A stretch of 64,000 nucleotides of DNA from Chloroflexota bacterium (GCA_013388685.1 JACAET010000048.1:17552-81551); one strand, 5' to 3'. Numbered from the stretch's first letter, positions 28,672-38,847 are shown. The notes: generated by a model from the sequence alone, not told the origin. Numbers and translations are program-made.

Positions 28672-29742
28672 TTGGCGTTCAACCCGATTAACTGGCTTTT
28701 GGGCTTGTTTTCACTGGACATTGCGATAGACCTGGGGACCGCGAACACACTGGTTAACGTGCGCGGCAAGGGCATTGTCATCAACGAACCTTCGTGGGTG
28801 ACGATTGACAAGCGTTTGCGCCAGCCGTTAGCCATCGGGCTGGAGGCAAAGGAGATGATGGGGCGCACACCCAGCAATGTGGCGGTTGTTCGTCCTTTAC
28901 GCGATGGCGTCATCTCGGAGTTCGATGTCACGCAGGTCATGCTGGAATATTTCATCGGCAGGGTGCACGAACAGAGTGTGGTGCCTTTGCCGCGTCCGCG
29001 TGTGGTGGTGGGTATTCCCACCGGGGTTACCGAGGTGGAAAAACGCGCGGTCTACGATGCGGTAATGGGGTCGGGCGCGCGGGCGGCGTATATGATCGAG
29101 GAGCCGATTGCCGCGGCGCTGGGCGCGGGGCTTCCCATCCGCGATGTGCGCGGGAGTATGGTGGTGGATATCGGTGGCGGAACGACGGAAGTGGCGGTGC
29201 TGTCCATGAGCGGCGTAGTTGCGTCCCGTTCCCTGCGCGTGGCGGGCGATGAAATGGATCAGGACATCGTCCAGTATCTGCGGAATAAATACAACCTGCT
29301 GATCGGGGAGGGGATCGCTGAACAGGTCAAGTGGCAGATCGGCAGTGCGTATCCGTTGCACCCTGAGAAGACGATGGAGGTGCGCGGGCGAAACCTTGTA
29401 ACGGGATTGCCTGAGAGTATCGAAATTTCATCCATCGAAATCCGCGAGGCGTTATCCGGTTCCGTACAGGTGATCGTGGATACGATTCGCGATGCGCTTG
29501 ATGAGGTCCCGCCGGAGATCGTGGCGGACTTAATGGACGTCGGCATCTGTCTGGCGGGCGGCGGGGGGTTGCTGCAGGGTCTGGCAGAGCGCCTGACCGA
29601 TGAATTGAAACTGCGTGTGTGGGTGGCGGAGGATCCGCTGACTTGTGTGGCACGCGGAGCCGGCATGATATTCGAGGATTTCGATGGTTTAAGCCGTTAC
29701 CTGGTCGGTTTGGAACGCGGCAGTACACATCATACCCCCTGA
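28672..29742 (+). CDS. mreB: Rod shape-determining protein MreB
   Basis: IDLGTANT, RPLRDGVI, VDIGGGTTE and AGGGGLL. TTG start after GAGGAG. Confidence 0.95.
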   Translation: MAFNPINWLLGLFSLDIAIDLGTANTLVNVRGKGIVINEPSWVTIDKRLRQPLAIGLEAKEMMGRTPSNVAVVRPLRDGVISEFDVTQVMLEYFIGRVHEQSVVPLPRPRVVVGIPTGVTEVEKRAVYDAVMGSGARAAYMIEEPIAAALGAGLPIRDVRGSMVVDIGGGTTEVAVLSMSGVVASRSLRVAGDEMDQDIVQYLRNKYNLLIGEGIAEQVKWQIGSAYPLHPEKTMEVRGRNLVTGLPESIEISSIEIREALSGSVQVIVDTIRDALDEVPPEIVADLMDVGICLAGGGGLLQGLAERLTDELKLRVWVAEDPLTCVARGAGMIFEDFDGLSRYLVGLERGSTHHTP

Positions 29743-29791
29743 TGCGCGTTTCATTCGAAACGACATCTTACGATTATCTTTGCAGTTTAAA

Positions 29792-30631
29792 ATGAGGAAT
29801 CAACTTTCGTCCATAATTCAAACAACGATCGTTTTTCTGGTCGTAGGGGGGGTGATGGCGCTTGCGCTGGGCGGTTATTTCAGCAGTGCGTCGAATGTCT
29901 TTACCGATACTCTGATCAATATACAATTTTGGTTTTCCTCCAGGTTTGTTGCCTTGCAGGATTTTCTCACCGCGCCGCGCGATATCGTCTCTTTGCGGCA
30001 GCAAAACGCCGAACTGCAAAATGAAGTTGCCGAATTACAGGCGCAGGTCATTCAATTACAACAACAAGTAGGGGAGACACAAATTCTTGCCGCTCTGGTG
30101 GATTTCTCACGTGCCAGACCCGAGAATACTTATAAAGCCGCGGCTGTGATTGGTCGTGATCCCAGTCCGTTTCTTCATTATGTCATTATCAACCGCGGAT
30201 CGAACGATGGAATCTTGCGCGGGATGCCGGTGGTGACCGACCAGGGGCTGGTCGGACGCGTGGATGCGGTCATTGCGGATGCGGCGCGAATCCAGTTGAT
30301 TACCGATCCCGCTTCGAACGTTAATGTTCGCCTCCAGAACGCAGGCGTGGAAGCCTCGCTGGTTGGCTCCGTGACGGGCGATGTGAACCTCGACCTGATC
30401 CCGCAGGATGCCAATTTGGAAACCGGCGACCTGGTGTTAACCTCGGGTTTGGGAGGCGGTTATCCTCCCGATTTAATCGTAGGACAGGTGATCAACATTC
30501 GTTCGAGGGATTTTGACCTGTTCCAGCGGGCGACTGTGCAGCCGGTGGTGGATTTTACCCGTCTGCAAATCGTGCTGGTCATTGTGAATTTCAAACCTGT
30601 GGATATTTCGCCTCTTCTTCCCGCACCTTGA
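29792..30631 (+). CDS. mreC: Rod shape-determining protein MreC
   Basis: N-terminal TM, coiled coil, INRGSNDG, GLVGRV and TSGLGG..P. Confidence 0.93.
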   Translation: MRNQLSSIIQTTIVFLVVGGVMALALGGYFSSASNVFTDTLINIQFWFSSRFVALQDFLTAPRDIVSLRQQNAELQNEVAELQAQVIQLQQQVGETQILAALVDFSRARPENTYKAAAVIGRDPSPFLHYVIINRGSNDGILRGMPVVTDQGLVGRVDAVIADAARIQLITDPASNVNVRLQNAGVEASLVGSVTGDVNLDLIPQDANLETGDLVLTSGLGGGYPPDLIVGQVINIRSRDFDLFQRATVQPVVDFTRLQIVLVIVNFKPVDISPLLPAP

Positions 30632-30632
30632 T

Positions 30633-31133
30633 ATGCGTACTCTGCTGGCATTTCCGGTAATTCTCTTATCCGTTATTCTGCAATCCTCGGTGGTCAGCGG
30701 CGTTCGCCTTCTTTCGGGCACCGCCGACCTGCCTCTTGTCATGCTGGCGGCGTGGGCGTTGTGGGACGAGGTGGATGCCGTCTGGCATTGGGCAATCGCC
30801 ACCGCCATTTTAGTTGGCTTCGTTTCCGGCGTGAGTTGGGTGGTGTTTATGGCGGGTTACGTGGCTGTAGTGGCGCTGGCAAGAGTATTTCGCATGCGCG
30901 TCTGGCAGGCGCCTTTGCTTGCCATGTTCAGCGTCACGTTTCTTGGAACGATTCTTATACACCTGTTCACGCTGTTATCCCTGCGTTTAACGGGCGTTAC
31001 CATTCCCTTCCAGGATGCGTTTGGTTTGCTGGTTTTGCCGGGCATTCTGTTGAATTTGTTGCTTGCGATTCCGGTATACGCGGTGATGCGCGATCTCGCG
31101 CGTTGGGTGTATCCGTCCCCGGAGGTAGAATGA
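30633..31133 (+). CDS. mreD: Rod shape-determining protein MreD
   Basis: Hydrophobic 166-aa protein between mreC and mrdA, with a DLPLV-type motif. Confidence 0.85.
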   Translation: MRTLLAFPVILLSVILQSSVVSGVRLLSGTADLPLVMLAAWALWDEVDAVWHWAIATAILVGFVSGVSWVVFMAGYVAVVALARVFRMRVWQAPLLAMFSVTFLGTILIHLFTLLSLRLTGVTIPFQDAFGLLVLPGILLNLLLAIPVYAVMRDLARWVYPSPEVE

Positions 31134-33412
31134 ACTCCAACTTGACGAACAGGTATCAGGTGGCTCCATGGCGCGTGGTCGTTGTGTATGGTGTCATGTT
31201 TGCGATTATAGGACTGATCGTATCCCGACTGATTTCTTTGCAGGTGATTACCGGTGACACATGGAAAGATCAGGCGATTGACAACTATACACTGACCATC
31301 AGCGATCCCGCGCCGCGAGGGATCATCCTCGACCGTAACGGCTATATCTTGGCGCGCAATGTCGCGTCCTATAATGTCGTGATTACCCCAGCCGATCTTC
31401 CCGACGACGATGCGGACGTCCAACGTGTGTACCGCGAACTTGCGGACCTGACCGGCGTTCCTGCCGGCGGACCCGTGACGGAAGAAACTCTTAACTTCGC
31501 AAAATTATTCTCCCCCTGCGTGCCGGGTCCCACTATCGCGGATATGGTCGCGCTGGGCGCATCTCTTGCCCCTTATACGCCTGTAAAAATCGCCTGTAAC
31601 GTCAACGAAAAGTTGGCGCGCATCATTGGGGAAAAAACCGTAGATTTACCCGGCGTCGCCATTGAAATCGAACCAGTGCGGGATTATCCGACCGGCTCAT
31701 TGACAGCCAATGTCGTAGGGTTTTTGGGACCCATCCCCGCGGCTCTTCAGGAAGTATACGAGGCGCGCGGATTTGTGACCAACCGCGACAAGGTTGGCTA
31801 TGCCGGTGTAGAGGCCTCGCTCGATGATATTTTGACCGGAAAAAACGGCTTACGTGTCGTCCAACGAGACGTGGCAGGCGCTATTCTTCGCAACCTTGAA
31901 CCTCCCATTCCATCCACGCCGGGCAAAAACGTCGTGCTTACCCTCGATTCCCGTTTGCAAAAAGCCGCCGAAGCCGCCTTGTTGGATGAAATTGACTACT
32001 GGAACAACCGCTATTTCGGATATATCCGCATATCGAGCGGCGTGGTGATCGCCATGAATCCGAAAACCGGCGAAATTCTTGCCATGGTCACTTATCCCAC
32101 CTACGAGAATAATCGTATGGCGCGCTTCATTCCCGGCTATTATTACGAACAATTGAGCCAGGATCCGCGTCGCCCACTGGTGAACAACGCCATTTCCGCT
32201 GAGCTGGCGCCCGGTTCGGTCTATAAACTGACAACTGCCACCGGCGCTTTCAACGAGGGCGTCATCAAACTGGGACAAATCGTAAAGACGCCAGGTAAGC
32301 TGACGTTGTGCGAGCGTTTCTCGCCGAACGATCCCTGCACGGAAGCCAACTCGCGTCCCTTTGTGGATTGGATCTATGAACGCAACGGCGTGATCAATGA
32401 AGCCGGTTTCGGCGCGCTGGATTTTTATCGTTGTATTGCTTACTCCAGTAACGTATGTTTCTACAAGCTCGGCGGCGGGTTCGAAGATGAAATTCCCGAA
32501 GGACTGGGCATTTTCCGCCTCGGTGAGTATGCCCGTGCCTTGGGATACGGGGCACGTTCCGGCATTCAACTGCCGGGCGAGGAGGATGGACTCGTCCCCT
32601 CGCCGCAATGGAAACGCATCAACACCGGCGAAAACTGGTCCACTGGTGATACCTACATTGCCAGCGTGGGACAGGGGTATGTGTTGGGAACCCCATTGCA
32701 AGTGTTGATGTCCGGCGCCGTCATTGCCAACCGCGGAAAACTGATGCAGCCGACCATTGTCCGGGAGGTGCAGGATGACGAGGGAAGAGTCATCCCCTTG
32801 TGGTTCGACCCGGAGACATTTTCCCTCTACGAAGAACAGCAAGTTGAAGACCGCAATGGTCAGTTTCGCACCATGTGGGTCAATCCCGTGAATCCTTCCG
32901 ACGCGCGTCTCTCGCCGCCGGAAGGCAGTTATCAGATTTCTCCGTTCACGCCAACGATGAAGTGGGATATTACGCGCGACCCTTTGATCAACGAATGGAG
33001 TTGCGAAGCGGGCTACTGCGATCAGACTGGTCAGGTTAAAACCGTCGCGCCGGAAACCGTGGAGGCGGTTCGCACGGGAACCCGCATGGCGGTCACCGAA
33101 AATCCATCGGGAACGCTCTACCGGGTGTTCAATGTAGATTACCCGCTTCCCATTGCCATTGCAGGCAAGACCGGCACCGCCGAATATTGCGATGACGTCG
33201 CACGTCAAGCCAATCGCTGTCAATTCGGCGCGTGGCCCACGCATGCCTGGACTCTTGCCTATGCACCCTATGACGACCCGGAAATCATCGTGGTCGCTTT
33301 CGCTTACAATGGCGGCGAAGGCGGAACCGTCGCCGCGCCGATTGTCGCGCGGGTTCTGCAAGCCTATTTCGAATTAAAATCCATTGATATCGCGCAGGGC
33401 GGGGGCGGTTAG
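31130..33412 (+). CDS. mrdA: Penicillin-binding protein 2 (class B transpeptidase)
   Basis: APRGIILDRNG, SxxK (GSVYK), SxN (SSN) and KTG. ATG at 31130 follows GGAGG. Confidence 0.93.
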   Translation: MNSNLTNRYQVAPWRVVVVYGVMFAIIGLIVSRLISLQVITGDTWKDQAIDNYTLTISDPAPRGIILDRNGYILARNVASYNVVITPADLPDDDADVQRVYRELADLTGVPAGGPVTEETLNFAKLFSPCVPGPTIADMVALGASLAPYTPVKIACNVNEKLARIIGEKTVDLPGVAIEIEPVRDYPTGSLTANVVGFLGPIPAALQEVYEARGFVTNRDKVGYAGVEASLDDILTGKNGLRVVQRDVAGAILRNLEPPIPSTPGKNVVLTLDSRLQKAAEAALLDEIDYWNNRYFGYIRISSGVVIAMNPKTGEILAMVTYPTYENNRMARFIPGYYYEQLSQDPRRPLVNNAISAELAPGSVYKLTTATGAFNEGVIKLGQIVKTPGKLTLCERFSPNDPCTEANSRPFVDWIYERNGVINEAGFGALDFYRCIAYSSNVCFYKLGGGFEDEIPEGLGIFRLGEYARALGYGARSGIQLPGEEDGLVPSPQWKRINTGENWSTGDTYIASVGQGYVLGTPLQVLMSGAVIANRGKLMQPTIVREVQDDEGRVIPLWFDPETFSLYEEQQVEDRNGQFRTMWVNPVNPSDARLSPPEGSYQISPFTPTMKWDITRDPLINEWSCEAGYCDQTGQVKTVAPETVEAVRTGTRMAVTENPSGTLYRVFNVDYPLPIAIAGKTGTAEYCDDVARQANRCQFGAWPTHAWTLAYAPYDDPEIIVVAFAYNGGEGGTVAAPIVARVLQAYFELKSIDIAQGGGG

Positions 33413-33459
33413 TGTGCACCGATGCGTTCATGCTATAATTTCACAACTACAGGACGCCC

Positions 33460-34143
33460 ATGAATGGCACCGATTCTCTGCTCCAAATCAAAGGTTTGCG
33501 AGACGGACTGCTGGTTTCGCTCGACGACGCACCCTGGGAGAGGCAACTTGCCGCGTTGATCGCCCAGGTGGATGCGCAGCCGTCTTTTTTTCAAGGCGCA
33601 CGCCTGGCGTTGGATGTCGCCAGTCAGACGTTGCATGTCAATGAGTTGGTGAGTCTGCGCGATCAACTTTCGGAGCGCGGCATTTCCCTGTGGGCGGTTA
33701 TCAGCGAATCGCCGACAACCGAACAGACGGCTCAGTTGCTGGGACTTGCCACGCGCATTTCCAAACCGCGCCCGGAAGAATCGCGGATATACGCCGTTGA
33801 ACACCTTGGCGAAGAAACCGCTTTATTTCTTGATCGCACCTTGCGGTCCGGAACGAGAATCGAATTTGCGGGTCATGTGGTTGTACTGGGCGATGTAAAT
33901 CCCGGCGCGGAAATTGTGGCGGAGGGGAACGTCGTCATTTGGGGGCGCTTGCGCGGCATGGTTTATGCCGGTTCGAAAGGGAATCGGGAGGCAGTCGTTT
34001 GCGCGCTGGATTTTTCGCCCATGCAATTGCGCATCGCGGATCAAACATCCGCCGCGGCGGAAATCCGAACACCGTCGAAGCCGCAGGTGGCGCGTATCAA
34101 TGCACAAGGAATATTGCAGGTTGAGAGCTGGGCATCCGGCTGA
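33460..34143 (+). CDS. minC: Septum site-determining protein MinC
   Basis: IKGLRDGL, TLRSG and GDVNPGAEIVAEGNVVIWGRLRG. Confidence 0.93.
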   Translation: MNGTDSLLQIKGLRDGLLVSLDDAPWERQLAALIAQVDAQPSFFQGARLALDVASQTLHVNELVSLRDQLSERGISLWAVISESPTTEQTAQLLGLATRISKPRPEESRIYAVEHLGEETALFLDRTLRSGTRIEFAGHVVVLGDVNPGAEIVAEGNVVIWGRLRGMVYAGSKGNREAVVCALDFSPMQLRIADQTSAAAEIRTPSKPQVARINAQGILQVESWASG

Positions 34144-34175
34144 ACGACACCCAACCCAATCACAGGAAAATCATT

Positions 34176-34973
34176 ATGCCTGCACAAGTTGTCACTGTTA
34201 CATCTGGAAAAGGCGGGGTGGGGAAAACCACTGCCATTGCGAACCTTGCCGTTGCGCTTGCGTCCAATGGATCGAGGGTGGTTTGTATTGACGGCGATAT
34301 CGGTCTTCGCAACCTGGACGTGATTCTGGGACTCGAAAATCGTATTGTGTACGACATTGTAGATGTGATCGAGGGACGTTGCCGCCTGAAGCAGGCAATG
34401 ATCAAGGATAAAAAACTGCCCAACCTTCACCTCATTCCCGCCGCCCAAACGCGCGATAAGAATGCGGTCTCCGCCAGTGATATGAACCGCCTGGTCAAAG
34501 ACCTGCGTTCCGAGTGTGATTTTGTGTTGATCGACTCCCCGGCAGGCATCGAACGCGGTTTCAAGAACGCCATTGCCCCGGCAGATCGTGTGCTTGTGGT
34601 TACCAATCCCGAAGTCAGCGCCGTCCGCGATGCGGACCGCGTGATCGGCATTCTGGAAGCGGAAGGCAAGGGACCGGGCGCACTGATCATCAATCGTTTA
34701 AATCCCGCCCTGGTAAAAAAGCAGGACATGCTCTCGGCTGACGATGTCCTTGATCTTTTGGCAATTGAACTCATTGGCATCGTGCCGGAAGATGAGGGCG
34801 TGATTGTCGGTTCGAACCGCGGTGTGCCGGTGGCGGCGGATCCGAAGAGCAGAGCAGGACAAGCCTTTCGAAATATTGCCCGTCGTCTCATGGGCGAAGA
34901 GGTTCCATTTCTCGACCTGGAAAGCACCGGGAGTCTATGGGAACGCATTCAAAGACTGGCGGGGAGGAAATAG
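34176..34973 (+). CDS. minD: Septum site-determining ATPase MinD
   Basis: SGKGGVGKTT, DIGLRNLD, DSPAGIE and NPEVSAVRDADR; amphipathic C-terminal end. Confidence 0.95.
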   Translation: MPAQVVTVTSGKGGVGKTTAIANLAVALASNGSRVVCIDGDIGLRNLDVILGLENRIVYDIVDVIEGRCRLKQAMIKDKKLPNLHLIPAAQTRDKNAVSASDMNRLVKDLRSECDFVLIDSPAGIERGFKNAIAPADRVLVVTNPEVSAVRDADRVIGILEAEGKGPGALIINRLNPALVKKQDMLSADDVLDLLAIELIGIVPEDEGVIVGSNRGVPVAADPKSRAGQAFRNIARRLMGEEVPFLDLESTGSLWERIQRLAGRK

Positions 34974-34975
34974 GC

Positions 34976-35257
34976 ATGTCGTTTTTGGATAAACTCCTCG
35001 GGCGGAAAAACAGCGCCGACAGCGCCAAAGAGCGCTTGCAGCTGGTCCTCATTCATGACCGGACGGATCTTACCTCTGCCGAACTTGAATCGCTTCGCGA
35101 CGATCTCGTCGCCACCATCAGCCGCCACGTCGAAATTGACGTCACCGGTATGCAGTTCGGCGTGGAGCATGACGGTCGTTCTCAACGACTGGTCGCCGAT
35201 ATACCGATCAAGAGCGCCCATCGCCGCCGGGCGGCGCGGAAATCCAAAACCAAATAA
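34976..35257 (+). CDS. minE: Cell division topological specificity factor MinE
   Basis: SADSAKERLQLVLIHDR and LVADIPI. Confidence 0.92.
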   Translation: MSFLDKLLGRKNSADSAKERLQLVLIHDRTDLTSAELESLRDDLVATISRHVEIDVTGMQFGVEHDGRSQRLVADIPIKSAHRRRAARKSKTK

Positions 35258-35265
35258 GCGGATGT

Positions 35266-36393
35266 ATGCTTCGCGCGATCCCGTGGCGTTATTTTGATTT
35301 CTGGCTGTTGGGCGCGGTGGTGCTTGCCACGGCGTTTGGCACCACCATGATTCGTTCGGCGGTCGCGGGGAATGAAGTTTTACTACCGCTCATCAATCGT
35401 CAGATCTATTTTGCGTTCGCCGGGCTGGTTTTGATCTTTGTTGTCGCCGCCATTGACTATCGGTTTTGGCTGGCGATATATCGTCCGATGTTCCTCGTCA
35501 TTGTGGCGTTTCTCGTCACCCTGACGGGCTTTGGTCAAACGGCGTTTGGCGCTCAGCGCTGGTTTCAGGTGGGTGTGCTTTTCCTGCAGCCGACGGAATT
35601 TGCAAAAATCGTCTCCATTCTTGTGCTTGCCCGATATTTTGATGCCGCCCAACACCGTCCCCGCGACCTGCAGTGGGTGGGAGGCGCAATCGCCTGGGCT
35701 TCAGTCATCATTATCCTGATCCTGCTTCAACCGAACCTCAGTAATGTCGTGGTGTTGACGGTGATCCTGATGTCCATGCTCTGGTTTAACGGCATGCAGA
35801 TGAAACATATCATGCTCTTCGGCATACTGGCATTGATTCTTGTCGCAAGCTTTGTCGCCCTGTCGGTTGCAGGAATTCGCATACCCTTTTTACAGGCATA
35901 TCAGCAAGAGCGGATCGTGAATTTTCTTTTACCCGACCCGGATGCCACATTTGGCGCCACATATAATGTCCAACAGGCTTTGATTGCCATCGGCTCCGGC
36001 GGATTGTTTGGGGCGGGATACGGTTACGGTACACAAACCCAATTGCGATTTCTAAAGGTTCGGCACACCGACTTTATTTTTTCTGCCATTTCCGAGGAGT
36101 TTGGTTTGGTGGGCGCCCTGTTTGTCATTCTCGTAATTGTGCTCATTATATGGCGCTGTCTTCGGACGGCGCAACTTGCCCGTGATGTTGCAGGAATGTC
36201 CATTGCCTATGGCGTGGCAACGCTGATCTTTTTTCAAGGCATGGTCAATATCGGGGTAAATTTGAATATTGTGCCAGTTTCAGGACTGCCCTTGCCGTTT
36301 ATCAGTTACGGTGGAAGCGGCTTGACCTCATTGATGTTGGGTATCGGTCTTGTAGAGAGTGTTGCAATGCGTTATAAACCGCTCGATTTTTAA
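35266..36393 (+). CDS. rodA: SEDS family glycosyltransferase RodA
   Basis: GAQRW, QPTEFAK, QQALIAIGSGG, HTDFIF and PFISYGGS. Confidence 0.88.
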   Translation: MLRAIPWRYFDFWLLGAVVLATAFGTTMIRSAVAGNEVLLPLINRQIYFAFAGLVLIFVVAAIDYRFWLAIYRPMFLVIVAFLVTLTGFGQTAFGAQRWFQVGVLFLQPTEFAKIVSILVLARYFDAAQHRPRDLQWVGGAIAWASVIIILILLQPNLSNVVVLTVILMSMLWFNGMQMKHIMLFGILALILVASFVALSVAGIRIPFLQAYQQERIVNFLLPDPDATFGATYNVQQALIAIGSGGLFGAGYGYGTQTQLRFLKVRHTDFIFSAISEEFGLVGALFVILVIVLIIWRCLRTAQLARDVAGMSIAYGVATLIFFQGMVNIGVNLNIVPVSGLPLPFISYGGSGLTSLMLGIGLVESVAMRYKPLDF

Positions 36394-36411
36394 TTTGGAG
36401 GATTCCCGAAC

Positions 36412-37890
36412 TTGAAACCCGCCCGTACCCGCATGGCGCCATCGCCCACCGGACGTTTCCATCTGGGAAGCGCGCGTACCGCCCTTTTCGATTATCTGCT
36501 TGCCCGTAAAACCGGTGGGCAATTCATCCTGCGCCTCGAAGACACCGATCAAAAGAGATTTGTTCCCGGCTCTGAGGAAGAGATCATGCAAAGTTTAGAT
36601 TGGCTTGGGATCACGCCAGACGAATCCCCGGTGCATGGCGGACCGTACGGTCCATACCGGCAGACGGAGCGCCGCGAGATCTATCACCGTCATGCCCGGA
36701 TACTTGTTGAAAAAGGATACGCTTATCCGTGTTTCTGTACACCCGAACGTCTGGAAAAGAGCCGGCAGCAGCAACAGGCGCAAAAGGTGGATCGGGTCAA
36801 ATATGATGGTTTGTGCCGCGCCATTCCCCCCGATCTAGCCGCAAAGAGGATCGTCTCGGGCGAAAAGCACGTCATCCGTTTCAAGATGCCTCAGGATGGC
36901 GTGACAACCGCTCGCGACCATTTGCGCGGCGATATCGTCACTGAAAACAAGCATCTCGATGATTATGTCCTTTTAAAATCGGACGGCTTGCCCACCTATC
37001 ATCTTGCCGCAATGGTGGACGATCATGAGATGCAAATCACCCACGTGTTGCGCGGTTCGGAGTGGCTTTCTACCTTCCCTTTGCATGTCAACATCGTGCG
37101 CGCCTTTGGCTGGGACGAACCCGTTTGGATTCACCTTTCGGTGTTCCTGAAGCCTAGCGGCAAAGGCAAGATGAGCAAGCGCGAATCCGCCCAGGCAATC
37201 AAGGATGGTTACTCCATTTTTATAACCGATATGAAAGACCTGGGATATACGCCCGAGGGCGTGCTTAACTGGATCGCGCTGATGGGATGGGGGGTGCCAG
37301 AAGACGATGTGATGACCCTTGAGCAGATGATCGAGCGCTTCAATATCGATTCGCTTACGCCTTCGCCGGCAGCCATCAACTTTCAAAAATTGGATCATTT
37401 CAACGGGACGCACATCCGCCTGATGACCAATGAGGATCTTTCGGCGAGGCTTAAGCCCTATTTTGTCGCGGCAGGTTTGAATGTTCGGGATGAAACGCTT
37501 TTGAAGGTGACGCCGTTGATACGGGAACGGCTTGTTACGCTGGATGATTGCCTCGCCTTTGCCCGATTCTTTTTCGAGGAGGTCGTAAAGCCGAATCCCG
37601 AGGATCTGGTGGCGAACGGACTCGATGCAAAACAGTCTGCAATGATCGCTCGTAAATCCTATGAGATATTGTCTGGTTTATCCGATATTGCGCATGCCGT
37701 TGTCGAACCGCCCATGCGTGCCTATGTGGATGCGAGTGGATACACCGCAGGGCAGGTTTTTGGCATTCTCCGCGTGGCGGTGACGGGGCAAAAGGTCAGC
37801 CCTCCGCTGTTCGAGTCGATGGAAATTATCGGACGCGAAAAAGTATTAAGTAGATTAAGATACGCCATTGAACTTCTCGATGGCATGTAA
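36412..37890 (+). CDS. gltX: Glutamate--tRNA ligase
   Basis: APSPTGRFHLGS (HIGH-like), RLEDTD, CFCT and GKMSKR. TTG start after GGAGG. Confidence 0.93.
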   Translation: MKPARTRMAPSPTGRFHLGSARTALFDYLLARKTGGQFILRLEDTDQKRFVPGSEEEIMQSLDWLGITPDESPVHGGPYGPYRQTERREIYHRHARILVEKGYAYPCFCTPERLEKSRQQQQAQKVDRVKYDGLCRAIPPDLAAKRIVSGEKHVIRFKMPQDGVTTARDHLRGDIVTENKHLDDYVLLKSDGLPTYHLAAMVDDHEMQITHVLRGSEWLSTFPLHVNIVRAFGWDEPVWIHLSVFLKPSGKGKMSKRESAQAIKDGYSIFITDMKDLGYTPEGVLNWIALMGWGVPEDDVMTLEQMIERFNIDSLTPSPAAINFQKLDHFNGTHIRLMTNEDLSARLKPYFVAAGLNVRDETLLKVTPLIRERLVTLDDCLAFARFFFEEVVKPNPEDLVANGLDAKQSAMIARKSYEILSGLSDIAHAVVEPPMRAYVDASGYTAGQVFGILRVAVTGQKVSPPLFESMEIIGREKVLSRLRYAIELLDGM

Positions 37891-37926
37891 ATCATCTGTT
37901 TATCGTCGTAAGGTCGTAAGTAAGAA

Positions 37927-37957
37927 GGAGCGCCCGCTCAATACGTGCGGGCGCTCC
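37927..37957. terminator. Hairpin between convergent gltX and the HExxH gene
   Basis: GGAGCGCCCGC / GCGGGCGCTCC, an 11-bp perfect stem. Confidence 0.6.
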
Positions 37958-37960
37958 TGG

Positions 37961-38380
37961 TTAAATGGCTTTACGCGTTTTGCGCGGTGTGCGCCTGTTT
38001 TTGCGGGGAGCAGGCTTTCTGCTACGCGGTTTTGCCCAGCGCTCGTACTTGCGCCACAACCTGCGGGAAATTTCTCCCGTCATGGTAGCAATGCGTTCTT
38101 CGTTTTTCTCATTGATGTTCATGCCTTTGCGTGTAAGCACCCAGTCGAAAATAAGGTGTTGCACTTCGTGTGCGACCAACTCCTGTGCCATGGGGGAGTG
38201 GTTGAGCTCGCTCAAGTAAATGTGACCAAACAACCCCTGCCGCTGTTTACGAACTTCTGCGGCAATGTAGTAGGCATGGCATTGGTTCTTGCGCCTGAAC
38301 CAGACAGGGCTGTTTGCCACATAGATATTAACCCATTGTTTATTGTCGTTAAAGTAAACCCTAAATGCTGGTTTTGTCAT
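37961..38380 (-). CDS. Hypothetical protein with an HExxH motif and a very basic C-terminal tail
   Basis: 139 aa; ELVAHEVQHLIFD; tail KPRSRKPAPRKNRRTPRKTRK. TATAAT at 38416-38421. Confidence 0.7.
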   Translation of the reverse strand: MTKPAFRVYFNDNKQWVNIYVANSPVWFRRKNQCHAYYIAAEVRKQRQGLFGHIYLSELNHSPMAQELVAHEVQHLIFDWVLTRKGMNINEKNEERIATMTGEISRRLWRKYERWAKPRSRKPAPRKNRRTPRKTRKAI

Positions 38381-38676
38381 CGTGGAGAGCCCTTTCGTTG
38401 AGATGGAGTGCGGGCATTATATAGCGAACATTTTTTTTCGTCGCCAAATTTTTAAAGTTACCGGCAAAATTTTAAGGGAAGCGTCAAGTTATCGGATGGA
38501 TATGGAATCAGGATTTCCAAGAAAACTTCGTGTAGTCAATTAATCACAAAAAACTTCTCACATATACAAATACAAACACACAAACACACAAACGGCCAAA
38601 GACCAACACCACGTGAACCGGCATTTCAAAATTGCCTGTGAATTCCAGACGGGGGATAACGCTATTTTGCCAGAGC

Positions 38677-38707
38677 CGATGTACTGACAGTAACTGTCAG
38701 TACATCG
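38677..38707. repeat. Perfect 14-bp inverted repeat
   Basis: CGATGTACTGACAG-TAA-CTGTCAGTACATCG. Confidence 0.8.
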
Positions 38708-38770
38708 CGCGTGACCTTGAACGTAATCCGTACAATCCGCGCGAATGGCGAAATTTTATCGGGTCCCGTA

Positions 38771-38799
38771 TTCGCCGCCTTCTCCAACTAAGGTATAAT
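38771..38799 (+). promoter_or_regulatory. Sigma70-type promoter
   Basis: TTCGCC-17 nt-TATAAT upstream of the ATG at 38848. Confidence 0.5.
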
Positions 38800-38847
38800 A
38801 GTGCCGCTTCTCCGCTGGAAGACAAGGAAATCACATCAAGGCATTGT

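Noticed and set aside
28672-37890. mreBCD-mrdA-minCDE-rodA gene order as a novelty
   Set aside because: Linked mre/min clusters are well known, so it is treated as ordinary core synteny.
38530-38617. Possible 26-aa hydrophobic peptide MPVHVVLVFGRLCVCVFVFVYVRSFL on the minus strand
   Set aside because: The hydrophobicity follows from the TG-rich micro-repeat, and there is no RBS.
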